Positions 48,101 to 56,110 of a DNA stretch of 64,000 nt are shown piece by piece (the stretch's first letter is position 1; each line of letters begins with the position of its first letter). The DNA lies in contig JBGATK010000005.1 in assembly GCA_044229265.1 (NCBI GenBank), forward strand, positions 14,963 through 78,962. Direction: 5' to 3'. The notes beneath the pieces are model-generated. The model was not told where the DNA came from, ran no database searches, and saw only the letters and a list, made by a program, of their open reading frames with translations. Source of the stretch: Minisyncoccia bacterium (GTDB lineage Bacteria; Patescibacteriota; Minisyncoccia; Phycocordibacterales; UBA9973). Both the position numbers and the translations under genes were made by a program.

Positions 48101-50341
48101 ATTTTCGCCATCAGTAATTGCGGTAGTATCAAAAACCATAATTCTATTATTATCTGAATCTGATACAAATAAACGATTATTTCCATCGAGAAGTAAAGCA
48201 TTTGGATTACTAAATCCATTAATAGTAGTTGCTACTGTATTTGAATAAAAATTAGATTGACCTAATACATTGTCTGGAACAAGGTCTTCCAATTCATTTG
48301 TGATTGATAAATCATAAACCAAAACACGATGATTCCCTGTATCTAAGACAAAAAGTCTATGATTTATAGTATCTATTACTTGGCCAGTGGGGTTAGATAA
48401 TCCCAATCTATTTGGAGCATCATCTATTCTCTGTGTTGTATAAATAGGATATGGACTAGAAACAGAAGTTTGATCGTATTGACCTATCGCATCACCAGCG
48501 TCCATACCATTTACCATTTCATCTTGTGCGGCAAATTGTAGCATACGATGCAAACTAGAATCTGTTACAAAAACACCTGCATTCTCAGGTAAGCTTACAG
48601 CTATGCCTTCAGGAGTATATATACCATTTTGATCTACATCTAAATTCTGGCTAGTAAAATTACTCTGGCCTAGAACATGCACTGCATTTTCACCATCTGT
48701 AATTGTATTTACATTATATTGAGTTATTCGCGAATTATTTTTTTCAGAAACAAATAAAGTTCCATCATTGTCAGCACCGTTCGCACCATCTCCAAAATAA
48801 GCTACATCGTGAGGATGATTCATGGTGGACTGCGTAATATCTCCGCTATTACTAATAAAGTCTGGTTGACCAAGTACATTTACTGCATCTTCACCGTCAG
48901 TAATAGTATTTACATCAAAGACTAGAACACGATTATTGTCTGCATCTGCCACAAAGAGTCTACCTGTTGCATAATCTATCGAAACACCTTTTGGAGAAGC
49001 CATACCATTTACCGTTGTCGTATAATTACTACTTACAAAATCACTTTGGCCTAAAACTTTTGTTGCATCTTCACCATTTGTTATACTAGCAACATCAAAG
49101 ACTAGAACACGATTATTGTAAACATCAGCTACATATAAAAAATTTTCTGAAAATAATATTCCCTCTGGGTAATTAATACCTGACTGCGAAAGATTTGAAT
49201 TATTACTAACAAAATCCACTTGTCCGAGAACTGCCATAGCATCTTCACCGTCTGTTATACCATCACTTAAATCATAAGCTAAAATACGATTATTTCCTGT
49301 GTCGGAAACAAAAAGTCGAGAATTTAAATAATCAAAAGTAAGACGAGTTGGGTTATTTAAAGAAGATATTGAAGTTCCTGAATTATTAGTATAATAATTT
49401 GACTGCCCTAAAACATAGTCCGGTATTCTGTCTGTGCTAGAAAAACTATTATGTACATCCAAATTATAAACCAAAATACGATTATTTGAGCTATCTGCTA
49501 AGAATAAAAAACCTCCACCTATAGCCACACCTTTAGGTGTATTAAATCCCAATCTATTTGGTGAATTATTCGCTCTATTTGAAGTATAAAGAGATGTAAG
49601 ATTACTGTAATCTGTTTCATCATATTGACCAAGCAACTTTGTTGCATCTTCACCATTTGTTATACTAGCAACATCAAAAACTAAAACTCTATGATTTGCA
49701 GAATCAGAAACATAAAGTAAATTATTAGTGTCGTCTAAGGATAATCCTTTTGGACTACTTAAACCCCACGCAGTAGCATTGTTTCCGCTGCTAACAAAAT
49801 CACTTTGACCTAAAACATTTATCGCTGTTTCGCCATTGGTAATTTCAGCAACATTAAAAATCATTATACGATTATTAGAAGAATCAGAAACATAAAGTAA
49901 ATTATTTACTGAATCAAAAACCAAATTACTAGGATTGTTTAAACCTGATTCCGTTGTATTAATAGTATTAGTGTAAAAATTAGATTGACCAAGTACATTA
50001 TCTGGAACATGATCTACAAGTAAATCTCCTGCTGTTAAATCAAAAACTAAGATACGATTATTTGCTGAATCAGAAACAAAGAGTCTATGATTCACAGAAT
50101 CAACGACTTGACCATATGAACCAGTAAAACTAAATAAATTTGGTAAATTGTTTACACGGCTAGACGTATAAAGTGGATTTGGATTTGGATAACCAGTTTC
50201 ATCAAATTGACCTAGTCCATTTGTAGCATTAGGACCATCGGAAAAAGAATTTATATTAATAACAAAATAAATAGACAAACCTACACCAAGAAGAATAGAT
50301 AAAGTAGCGAGAAAAAAATGTTTAGTTTTCATATTATTCAT
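45182..50341 (-). CDS. Large NHL-repeat beta-propeller surface protein with Pro/Asn-rich stalk, TM segments and carboxypeptidase-regulatory-like domains
   Basis: Many LFVSDxxNxRVLVFD...GE.AVNVLGQ.NF repeats, poly-Gly linker, Ig-like domain, PN-rich region, WGVVFDS..KQPLDP...TDIDGRYGFL. Confidence 0.85.
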   Translation of the reverse strand: MNNMKTKHFFLATLSILLGVGLSIYFVININSFSDGPNATNGLGQFDETGYPNPNPLYTSSRVNNLPNLFSFTGSYGQVVDSVNHRLFVSDSANNRILVFDLTAGDLLVDHVPDNVLGQSNFYTNTINTTESGLNNPSNLVFDSVNNLLYVSDSSNNRIMIFNVAEITNGETAINVLGQSDFVSSGNNATAWGLSSPKGLSLDDTNNLLYVSDSANHRVLVFDVASITNGEDATKLLGQYDETDYSNLTSLYTSNRANNSPNRLGFNTPKGVAIGGGFLFLADSSNNRILVYNLDVHNSFSSTDRIPDYVLGQSNYYTNNSGTSISSLNNPTRLTFDYLNSRLFVSDTGNNRILAYDLSDGITDGEDAMAVLGQVDFVSNNSNLSQSGINYPEGILFSENFLYVADVYNNRVLVFDVASITNGEDATKVLGQSDFVSSNYTTTVNGMASPKGVSIDYATGRLFVADADNNRVLVFDVNTITDGEDAVNVLGQPDFISNSGDITQSTMNHPHDVAYFGDGANGADNDGTLFVSEKNNSRITQYNVNTITDGENAVHVLGQSNFTSQNLDVDQNGIYTPEGIAVSLPENAGVFVTDSSLHRMLQFAAQDEMVNGMDAGDAIGQYDQTSVSSPYPIYTTQRIDDAPNRLGLSNPTGQVIDTINHRLFVLDTGNHRVLVYDLSITNELEDLVPDNVLGQSNFYSNTVATTINGFSNPNALLLDGNNRLFVSDSDNNRIMVFDTTAITDGENAVKVLGQTDFTTSTGNTSQSKLISPQSLAFDEVNDYLFVGDYNNNRIMIFDTTTITNGENAVDLIGKYDGTNFTDPVPFYFSSTDTPNAIGLDQPVDIAMDHTNHRLFVVDNGNHRVLVYNLTSDDLLMDRIPDYVLGQPNFNSRETTTTQSGLNHPTMLAFDDVNNRLFVSDTTNSRVMVFDTTTIVNGENAVNVLGQPNFTNALNGVTQSRMYYPYGLSFDSTNNRLFVSDTYNHRVLTFDVATITDGENAVNVIGQNNFTTRTTGNTVAKFNTTFGVLYDNTNHKLYVADGNNHRVMVFDVATITDGENAVNVLGQSNFTTGSSGLTQSKFNLPFGLALRSSDNTLFVSDVANHRVLTFDVSTIIDGENAVKVLGKGNFTTGSPTLSQSGIGNPNGLRYDSVHDYLYEADAGHHRIMVFDVSETVGGGGGGGGGGGQQPGINVVHTEGGTMVSENTTDTFTISLKSNITSDVVLSITSSNTNEGTVSPATITFSNNNWNTPQTITLTGISDGVVDGNQSYNIIISVIDELSATSYDGVADVIFSVSTTDSDTSNPNIPPNTPDNPIPTPPTNPPNTPSGNPSVPNTPTTPNNNPTTPNGGSGNNPSNPNTPPNNPNIPSGNNPNQNPNNNPSSENQNENSGVNTGKGIFEIISDILGSAITKTLVILGAASTIALNLVRLVFTNPLGITDLAMRAWSMFLYGFGIKKRHKPWGVVFDSQTKQPLDPVYLKLVDIEKKTLATCFTDIDGRYGFLVEPGHYHIIAEKTHYVFPSSKLNSRDRDEVYTDLYYGNYIEIKEFGEVISKNIPMDRIGFDWNEYAKLEQHRLRWYKRSDKAVGQIVDIFFLVGFIVSGITLLGSQIKDYNVIIFALYGILFAFNHTEFGNNAKGKAMFKIGAPIAYGILRVFSKQSGTEITHKIIDRLGNYFCLAPNGNYNISIEQKNADGSYTKVHSEEGIQITKGYLKKDFKV

Positions 50342-50424
50342 AGGATATATGTACATATAATAATAGCATTACGAGCATTTAAATAAAAGTGGAAAAAAGT
50401 TAGAAAATAAGGTAAGTTAAGATT

Positions 50425-51558
50425 ATGATAGTTTTAAGCATAGAAACCTCGTGCGATGATACGGGCATAAGCATATTAGAAATAAAAGACTTGAGAACCA
50501 AAGCTGTATTTTCAGTATTGGCGAATTTCGTATCTTCCCAAACTGCTATACACTCTCCTTATGGCGGAGTTTTTCCTGCGCTTGCCAAACGTGAACATAT
50601 AAAAAATTTGCCAATATTATTAGAAAAAGCTCTAAAAAAAGCAAAAATTAAAATAGAGGATTTAGATTTAATTTGTGTGACAAGTGGCCCAGGACTCGAA
50701 CCTGCTCTTTGGACTGGAATAGTCTTTGCTAAAGAACTAACCAAAAAATACAAAATTCCCATAACTGCTGTAAACCATATGGAAGGCCACATACTATCTG
50801 TATTTGCAAAAAGTAAAAATTTTGAAATTCCAAAAGAGGCAAGCAAGGTAGGATTTCCTATGATTTCGCTTTTAGTTTCGGGCGGGCATACTGAACTTGT
50901 ATTAGTAGAAGCTTGGGGTAAATACAAGATTTTAGGCAAAACTCTCGACGACGCTGTTGGTGAAGCTTTCGATAAGGTAGCGCGCATGCTAGGCCTGCCA
51001 TACCCTGGAGGACCAGAAATTTCAAAATTAGCAGAAGAAAATAGGAAGATTGTGAATTTAAGAACCCTTGCGCAGGCTGACGAGCCGAGCAGAGCAATTT
51101 TTCAGCAGAAAAATATGCGTGGTGAGAAAATTCATAATCTTCCTATTTTCACCCTCCCTCGCCCAATGATGTATAGCAAAGATTTTAATTTCTCATATTC
51201 AGGACTCAAAACTGCAGTACTATATTTAATAAAAAAAATTGATGTTTTAGATGAAAATACAAAAAAAGCTATAGCATTAGAATTTGAAAATGCAGCCATA
51301 GAACCACTATTACATAAAACTAAAAAAGCTATAGAAAAATACAATGCAAAAACATTAATTGTCGGCGGAGGTGTAGCTCAAAATAAACATTTACAAAGAA
51401 TCTTAAAAAAAGAAATAAAAAAAACTAAAATCTTCTTCCCTGTTCGTGCTTTAGCTTCTGACAACGCTCTGATGATAGGTATTGCTGGCACACTATCATA
51501 TCTCAAGAAAAAAAAATCGTCAAAAAATGTAAAAGCCGAGGGTAATCTATCATTGTAA
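50425..51558 (+). CDS. tsaD: tRNA threonylcarbamoyladenosine biosynthesis protein TsaD
   Basis: IETSCDDT, NHMEGH, SGGHT, DDAVGEAFDK, DNALMIG; 38-aa insertion. Confidence 0.97.
   Translation: MIVLSIETSCDDTGISILEIKDLRTKAVFSVLANFVSSQTAIHSPYGGVFPALAKREHIKNLPILLEKALKKAKIKIEDLDLICVTSGPGLEPALWTGIVFAKELTKKYKIPITAVNHMEGHILSVFAKSKNFEIPKEASKVGFPMISLLVSGGHTELVLVEAWGKYKILGKTLDDAVGEAFDKVARMLGLPYPGGPEISKLAEENRKIVNLRTLAQADEPSRAIFQQKNMRGEKIHNLPIFTLPRPMMYSKDFNFSYSGLKTAVLYLIKKIDVLDENTKKAIALEFENAAIEPLLHKTKKAIEKYNAKTLIVGGGVAQNKHLQRILKKEIKKTKIFFPVRALASDNALMIGIAGTLSYLKKKKSSKNVKAEGNLSL
51037..51150. mobile_element. 114-bp MITE-like element in frame in tsaD
   Basis: 23-bp terminal inverted repeats GAAAATAGGAAGATTGTGAATTT / AAATTCATAATCTTCCTATTTTC (one G-T pair); length is 38 codons. 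Confidence 0.8.
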
Positions 51559-51609
51559 AAAAATAAATTTTTATTTGGAAAAACATACTAAAAATGTTAT
51601 ATTTTTTAT

Positions 51610-53766
51610 ATGGAAATTAATGAAAAATTACTAAAACCTTATAATGCAAAAGACACCGAGGGCAGAATTTACAAGGAATGGGAAGATTCTGGTTTTTTCA
51701 ATCCAGATGTATGTATAGAAAAAGGCGTCATACCTAGCACCGCTGAAGCATTTTCTATTGTACTTCCCCCACCAAATGCAACTGGAGTCCTCCACCTCGG
51801 CCACGCACTCGAGACTTCAATGCAAGACGCTATGATACGCTACAATCGTATGCAAGGTAAAAAAACCTTATGGCTTCCAGGAACTGATCACGCAGCCATA
51901 GCTACTGATGCCAAAGTTACCAAAATTTTAGAAAAAGAAGGTTTAAAAAAGAAAGATATTGGCAGAGAAAAATTTTTGGAGAGAGTAGAGGTATTTGTAG
52001 AAGATAGTAGGAAAACTATTACAAGCCAACTTCGAAACATGGGTGCTAGCCTAGATTGGTCACGTGAAGCTTTTACCTTAGATGAAAAAAGGCATATTGC
52101 CGTAAATACTGCTTTCAAAAAAATGTACGATGATGGTTTAATTTATCGCGGGCACCGTATTGTAAACTGGGATCCCAAAGGCCAAACTGTAATTTCTGAC
52201 GACGAATTAGTTTACGAAGAAAAAAAGGGTAAATTTTATACTTTTAAGTATGGTCCATTCAATATAGGCACTGCCCGCCCTGAAACAAAATTTGGCGATA
52301 AATATGTAGTAATGCATCCAGATGATATTCGTTATAAAGAATATATGCATATGCAGAAAATAAATTTAGAATGGATAAATGGCCCGATTGAGGCGACTAT
52401 TATTAAAGATGAAATGATAGATATGGAATTCGGCACAGGAGTCATGACCATTACTCCATGGCACAGCCACGAAGACTTTGCTCTAGCAGAAAAATATAAA
52501 TTAGAAAAAGAGCAAATTATCGACAAATACGGCAAGCTACTCCCTATCGCTGGTGAATTCGCAGGTATGAAAATAAGTGATGCGAGAGAAAAAATTGTAG
52601 AAAAATTAAAAGAAAAAGGTTTACTTGTGTCAGTAGACGAAAACTATACAAATCGTGTAGCTACTGCCGAGCGCACTGGTGGCACAATAGAGCCTCAAAT
52701 CATGGAGCAATGGTTTATAGATGTAAATAAAAAAATAAAAGACAGAGACAATAAATCTCTCAAAGAGCTCATGCTATCTCCTGTGCAAAATAGCGAAATA
52801 AAAATCCTACCAGATAGATTTGAAAAAGTGTATTACAACTGGGTAGAAAATTTACGCGACTGGTGTATTTCAAGGCAGATTTGGTATGGACACAGAATTC
52901 CTGTTTGGTATCGAGGGGAAGAAATTTTTGTAGGAGAAAATCCAGGCGAAAATTGGACTCAAGACCCTGATAGCCTAGACACATGGTTCTCTTCTGGACT
53001 TTGGACCTTTTCTACGCTAGGCTGGCCAGAAAATACAAATGACTTAAAAAAATTCCACCCGACAAGTGTTGTGAATCCTGGATATGAAATTCTATTCTTT
53101 TGGGTTGCTCGTATGATACTTATGTCTAAATATTTGCTAGACGAAATTCCATTTAAAACAGTTTATCTACACGGCATGCTTCGTGATGCAAAGGGTCAAA
53201 AGTTCAGCAAGTCACTGGATAATGGCATAGACCCAATAAAAGTTATTGAAGAATACGGAGCTGATGCACTGCGTATGTCGCTCATCGTTGGCATTGCTCC
53301 TGGTATGGATAGTAAATTCGATATTCAAAAAGTAAAAGCTTACAGTAAATTTGCAAATAAGATCTGGAATGCAACTCGTTTTGTCTTAGAACAAACACAA
53401 GACCTAGATTTAAATAATTTAGCAAATACAGATTTAGACGAAGAAGACAAAAAGTCTCAGGAAGAATTAAATAAACTTTTGCAAGAAATAACATTAGAAA
53501 TGGAAGAATATAAATTCTACATAGTTGCTGAAAAGCTTTACCATTATTTTTGGCATACTTTTGCAGACATAATAATTGAACGCTCAAAAAAGAAAATTTT
53601 AGAAAATAACAACACAAAAAGTGCTAAAACTATACTTGTAATGCAACTAGAAATACTAATTAAAGCTCTTCACCCATTTATGCCTTTTGTTACAGAAGAG
53701 CTTTGGGCTATAATGAATAAGAAGGATATGCTAATGGTATCTCCTTGGCCAACAAATAATGTTTAG
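51610..53766 (+). CDS. valS: Valine--tRNA ligase (lacks C-terminal coiled coil)
   Basis: PPPNATGVLHLGH, DWCISRQIW, DTWFSSGLW, KFSKS. Confidence 0.97.
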   Translation: MEINEKLLKPYNAKDTEGRIYKEWEDSGFFNPDVCIEKGVIPSTAEAFSIVLPPPNATGVLHLGHALETSMQDAMIRYNRMQGKKTLWLPGTDHAAIATDAKVTKILEKEGLKKKDIGREKFLERVEVFVEDSRKTITSQLRNMGASLDWSREAFTLDEKRHIAVNTAFKKMYDDGLIYRGHRIVNWDPKGQTVISDDELVYEEKKGKFYTFKYGPFNIGTARPETKFGDKYVVMHPDDIRYKEYMHMQKINLEWINGPIEATIIKDEMIDMEFGTGVMTITPWHSHEDFALAEKYKLEKEQIIDKYGKLLPIAGEFAGMKISDAREKIVEKLKEKGLLVSVDENYTNRVATAERTGGTIEPQIMEQWFIDVNKKIKDRDNKSLKELMLSPVQNSEIKILPDRFEKVYYNWVENLRDWCISRQIWYGHRIPVWYRGEEIFVGENPGENWTQDPDSLDTWFSSGLWTFSTLGWPENTNDLKKFHPTSVVNPGYEILFFWVARMILMSKYLLDEIPFKTVYLHGMLRDAKGQKFSKSLDNGIDPIKVIEEYGADALRMSLIVGIAPGMDSKFDIQKVKAYSKFANKIWNATRFVLEQTQDLDLNNLANTDLDEEDKKSQEELNKLLQEITLEMEEYKFYIVAEKLYHYFWHTFADIIIERSKKKILENNNTKSAKTILVMQLEILIKALHPFMPFVTEELWAIMNKKDMLMVSPWPTNNV

Positions 53767-54442
53767 TGACCCAAAAATTTTAGGATTAGCTTTTATAGGA
53801 GGAACTGTTCCTGCTCTGATTTGGCTGTGGTTTTGGCTTAAAGAAGACAAGCATAACAAGGAACCTCGTGGACTTCTAACTATGATATTTATCATGGGTA
53901 TGCTCGGAGTGATATTAGTTTTACCTATACAAAAAATAATTCAAAATATCGGATTCTCTTCTGACACAGAAACTATTCTCTGGGCACTAGCAGAAGAATT
54001 AATAAAATTTTTAGCTATAATTGTTGTCTTAGTTAAGACTAACTTTATAGATGAACCTGTAGATTGGCCAGTTTATCTAATAACCGGAGCGCTAGGCTTT
54101 GCTGCACTTGAAAATAGTCTTTTTATTTTAAAACCACTTTCACTAGGTGATGCAACTGTAAGTATAGTAACTAGCCAGCTTCGCTTCCTCGGTTCGACAT
54201 TGCTTCACGCTGTATCTAGTGGAATCTTGGGAGTTTTTCTTGGACTTGCCTTCCATTTAAAACCATTTTTCAAAAAAATTTATTTTCTTTGTGGAATTAT
54301 TTTTGCAACCGCCTTGCATAGTATCTTTAATTTTTTTATAATTAAAGGAGATGGTAATAATTTTCTAGAAACTTTAGCTTTCCTTTGGGTTATCACCATT
54401 ATACTCATGCTACTTTTCGAAAAATTACGAAGAATGAGTTAG
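53759..54442 (+). CDS. PrsW family intramembrane metalloprotease
   Basis: EP, AEELIK, GFAALEN, LLHA, LHSIFN. Confidence 0.9.
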   Translation: MFSDPKILGLAFIGGTVPALIWLWFWLKEDKHNKEPRGLLTMIFIMGMLGVILVLPIQKIIQNIGFSSDTETILWALAEELIKFLAIIVVLVKTNFIDEPVDWPVYLITGALGFAALENSLFILKPLSLGDATVSIVTSQLRFLGSTLLHAVSSGILGVFLGLAFHLKPFFKKIYFLCGIIFATALHSIFNFFIIKGDGNNFLETLAFLWVITIILMLLFEKLRRMS

Positions 54443-54474
54443 TAATTAATATTTTTAATAAACAAAACAAAACT

Positions 54475-54936
54475 ATGAGTAAAAAAAGAAGTTTTTTTGA
54501 AAGATTAACAGGTAGTATAAATGTCGATGAAGAGATCGAAGAAGAAAAGCCCACAAAAGGAAATGACAAGAAAGGTGGTATGGAATGGATGGAAGAAGAA
54601 AATGAAGAAGCGGAGCTAGCTGTCGATGTATACCAAACTCGCTCTGATATCGTAATACAGACCATGGTAGCTGGTGTAAAGCCTGAAGACCTAGACCTGA
54701 CTATCGCTCGCGATATGGTTACCATAAAAGGTAAACGTGAAGAAAATAAAAATATCGATGATGATGATTATTTTACTAAAGAGTTATACTGGGGCGCATT
54801 TACTCGCACCATTCTCCTACCTCAAGAAATAGAACCAGAAGAAACTGAAGCCACAGAAAAACATGGCCTACTCACCATCAAACTCCAAAAAATAGATAAA
54901 GAAAAGAAAACTTCTGTGAAAGTTAAATCTTTGTAG
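54475..54936 (+). CDS. Hsp20/alpha-crystallin small heat shock protein
   Basis: VDVYQ, AGVKPEDL, E.YWGAFTRTILLP, HGLLTIKL. Confidence 0.92.
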   Translation: MSKKRSFFERLTGSINVDEEIEEEKPTKGNDKKGGMEWMEEENEEAELAVDVYQTRSDIVIQTMVAGVKPEDLDLTIARDMVTIKGKREENKNIDDDDYFTKELYWGAFTRTILLPQEIEPEETEATEKHGLLTIKLQKIDKEKKTSVKVKSL

Positions 54937-54955
54937 CAAAAACTTAAATTGATAC

Positions 54956-55297
54956 ATGCGATCAGTTTTACATGCAAAAATTCATAAAGCCACAGTAACG
55001 GAAGCAGATTTGAGCTATATCGGTAGTATTACTATTGATCAAGAATTAGCCGAAAAGGTTGGCCTTTGGGATGGCGAAAAAGTCATGGTGGTTTCTAATA
55101 CCTCGGGTAACCGCCTAGAAACTTATGTAATCTACGGAGCTAGGAATTCTGGCATCATATGCATGAACGGCGCCGCAGCTCACCTAATAAAAAAAGGAGA
55201 TGAAATAATAATTATGGGCTTTGAACTTACAGATAAACCCATCAAAGCTACCAACATACTTGTCGATAAACAAAACAAATTTGTTAAGTTTTTGTAA
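54956..55297 (+). CDS. panD: Aspartate 1-decarboxylase
   Basis: KIHKATVT, YIG-SITID cleavage site, RLETYVI, NGAAAH. Confidence 0.95.
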   Translation: MRSVLHAKIHKATVTEADLSYIGSITIDQELAEKVGLWDGEKVMVVSNTSGNRLETYVIYGARNSGIICMNGAAAHLIKKGDEIIIMGFELTDKPIKATNILVDKQNKFVKFL

Positions 55298-55298
55298 A

Positions 55299-55373
55299 TG
55301 GTGCCGGGGGTGAGAATCGCACTCACGACCTATCCCTCTTCAGGGGAGAGCTCTACTACTGAGCTACCCCGGC
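55299..55373 (-). tRNA. tRNA-Phe(GAA)
   Basis: GCCGGGG/CCCCGGC acceptor, anticodon loop CTGAAGA, T loop TGCGATT, encoded CCA. Confidence 0.92.
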
Positions 55374-55630
55374 ATTTTTATTTTAACAAAACCATCTTTT
55401 ACTATCTTCTCTATGTAATCATGTCTTTTAAATTTTTTCAACCTTTTCTCAATATATCTTACCTCACTCAATGTTTCAAATTTTTGTGAAAAAACTAATT
55501 TTAATTTTCCCATCTTACTGGTTGAAGGTGTATAACCTCCATTATGATGCCTAATTCTTTCATCTATATCAGTAGTGCTACCTATATAGTAATTCCCCTT
55601 TTCACTTTGTAATATATATACGTATGGCAT
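55364..55630 (-). CDS. Stand-alone GIY-YIG nuclease (paralog of 42789-43049)
   Basis: MPYVYILQ..YYIGST..RIRHH..IEKRLKK; stop codon lies inside the tRNA-Phe 5' end. Confidence 0.92.
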   Translation of the reverse strand: MPYVYILQSEKGNYYIGSTTDIDERIRHHNGGYTPSTSKMGKLKLVFSQKFETLSEVRYIEKRLKKFKRHDYIEKIVKDGFVKIKMPG

Positions 55631-55640
55631 ATATTTTAAC

Positions 55641-55698
55641 ACTGAGCCCCGACGCTTTCGGTCGGGATCCCGACTTTACGTCGGGGCTACCCCGGCAT
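55641..55698 (-). pseudogene. Duplicated tRNA-Phe 5' fragment interrupted by CCCGAC double-hairpin repeat copy 2 (55648-55685)
   Basis: Minus strand ATGCCGGGGTAGC[CCCGAC-gtaaa-GTCGGG-at-CCCGAC-cgaaagc-GTCGGG]GCTCAGT versus intact ATGCCGGGGTAGCTCAGT. Confidence 0.8.
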
Positions 55699-55712
55699 AT
55701 ATGAATAATAGA

Positions 55713-55958
55713 TTAAGGCACTAAATCTTTTAATTTTTGAAAAGATGAATTGGTTTCTTTTACTGTGTTTTGCAATTGCTCTACAAAAGGTTGTAGAAAA
55801 TAAAAAGTACCAACTGAAACACCTACAATCAAAATCCAATAAAAAATCTTAAAAAATAGGTTCCATTTTTGGATGCCTCTTACTTTTTTAAGCATTTCAT
55901 TGTTCTCTTTTACTAATGCTAAAGTTTCCTCTAGCATTTGCTTTTCTTCTGTATCCAC
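55713..55958 (-). CDS. Small single-TM coiled-coil protein
   Basis: 81-aa ORF, ENNEMLKK...FYW..TM..LQPF. Confidence 0.7.
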   Translation of the reverse strand: MDTEEKQMLEETLALVKENNEMLKKVRGIQKWNLFFKIFYWILIVGVSVGTFYFLQPFVEQLQNTVKETNSSFQKLKDLVP

Positions 55959-55982
55959 TCAAATATATTATCATAAAGAATT

Positions 55983-56013
55983 AAAAAAGCCAACTTGGGT
56001 ATTTGGCTTTTTT
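55983..56013. terminator. Terminator-like hairpin
   Basis: AAAAAAGCCAA...TTGGCTTTTTT. Confidence 0.55.
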
Positions 56014-56055
56014 ATGTTAAATTATATAAGGTTTTTTATTGTTTCGCCCTCATAG

Positions 56056-56095
56056 CCCCGACGTAAAGTCGGGGAGCCGACAAGTATCGTCGGCT
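56056..56095. repeat. CCCGAC/GTCGGG double-hairpin repeat, copy 3
   Basis: CCCCGAC-gtaaa-GTCGGGG AGCCGAC-aagtatc-GTCGGCT, 15 nt before tRNA-Arg. Confidence 0.85.
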
Positions 56096-56110
56096 TTCAA
56101 TAGACAAAGC

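Noticed and set aside
46850-50200. Periodic repeats suggesting a CRISPR array or DGR template/variable repeats
   Set aside because: The repeats are degenerate, in-frame protein repeats; there is no constant repeat-spacer pattern, no adenine-specific variation and no cas or RT gene
55298-55489. 63-aa ORF MVPGVRIALTT...
   Set aside because: It is the antisense reading of tRNA-Phe and the GIY-YIG gene
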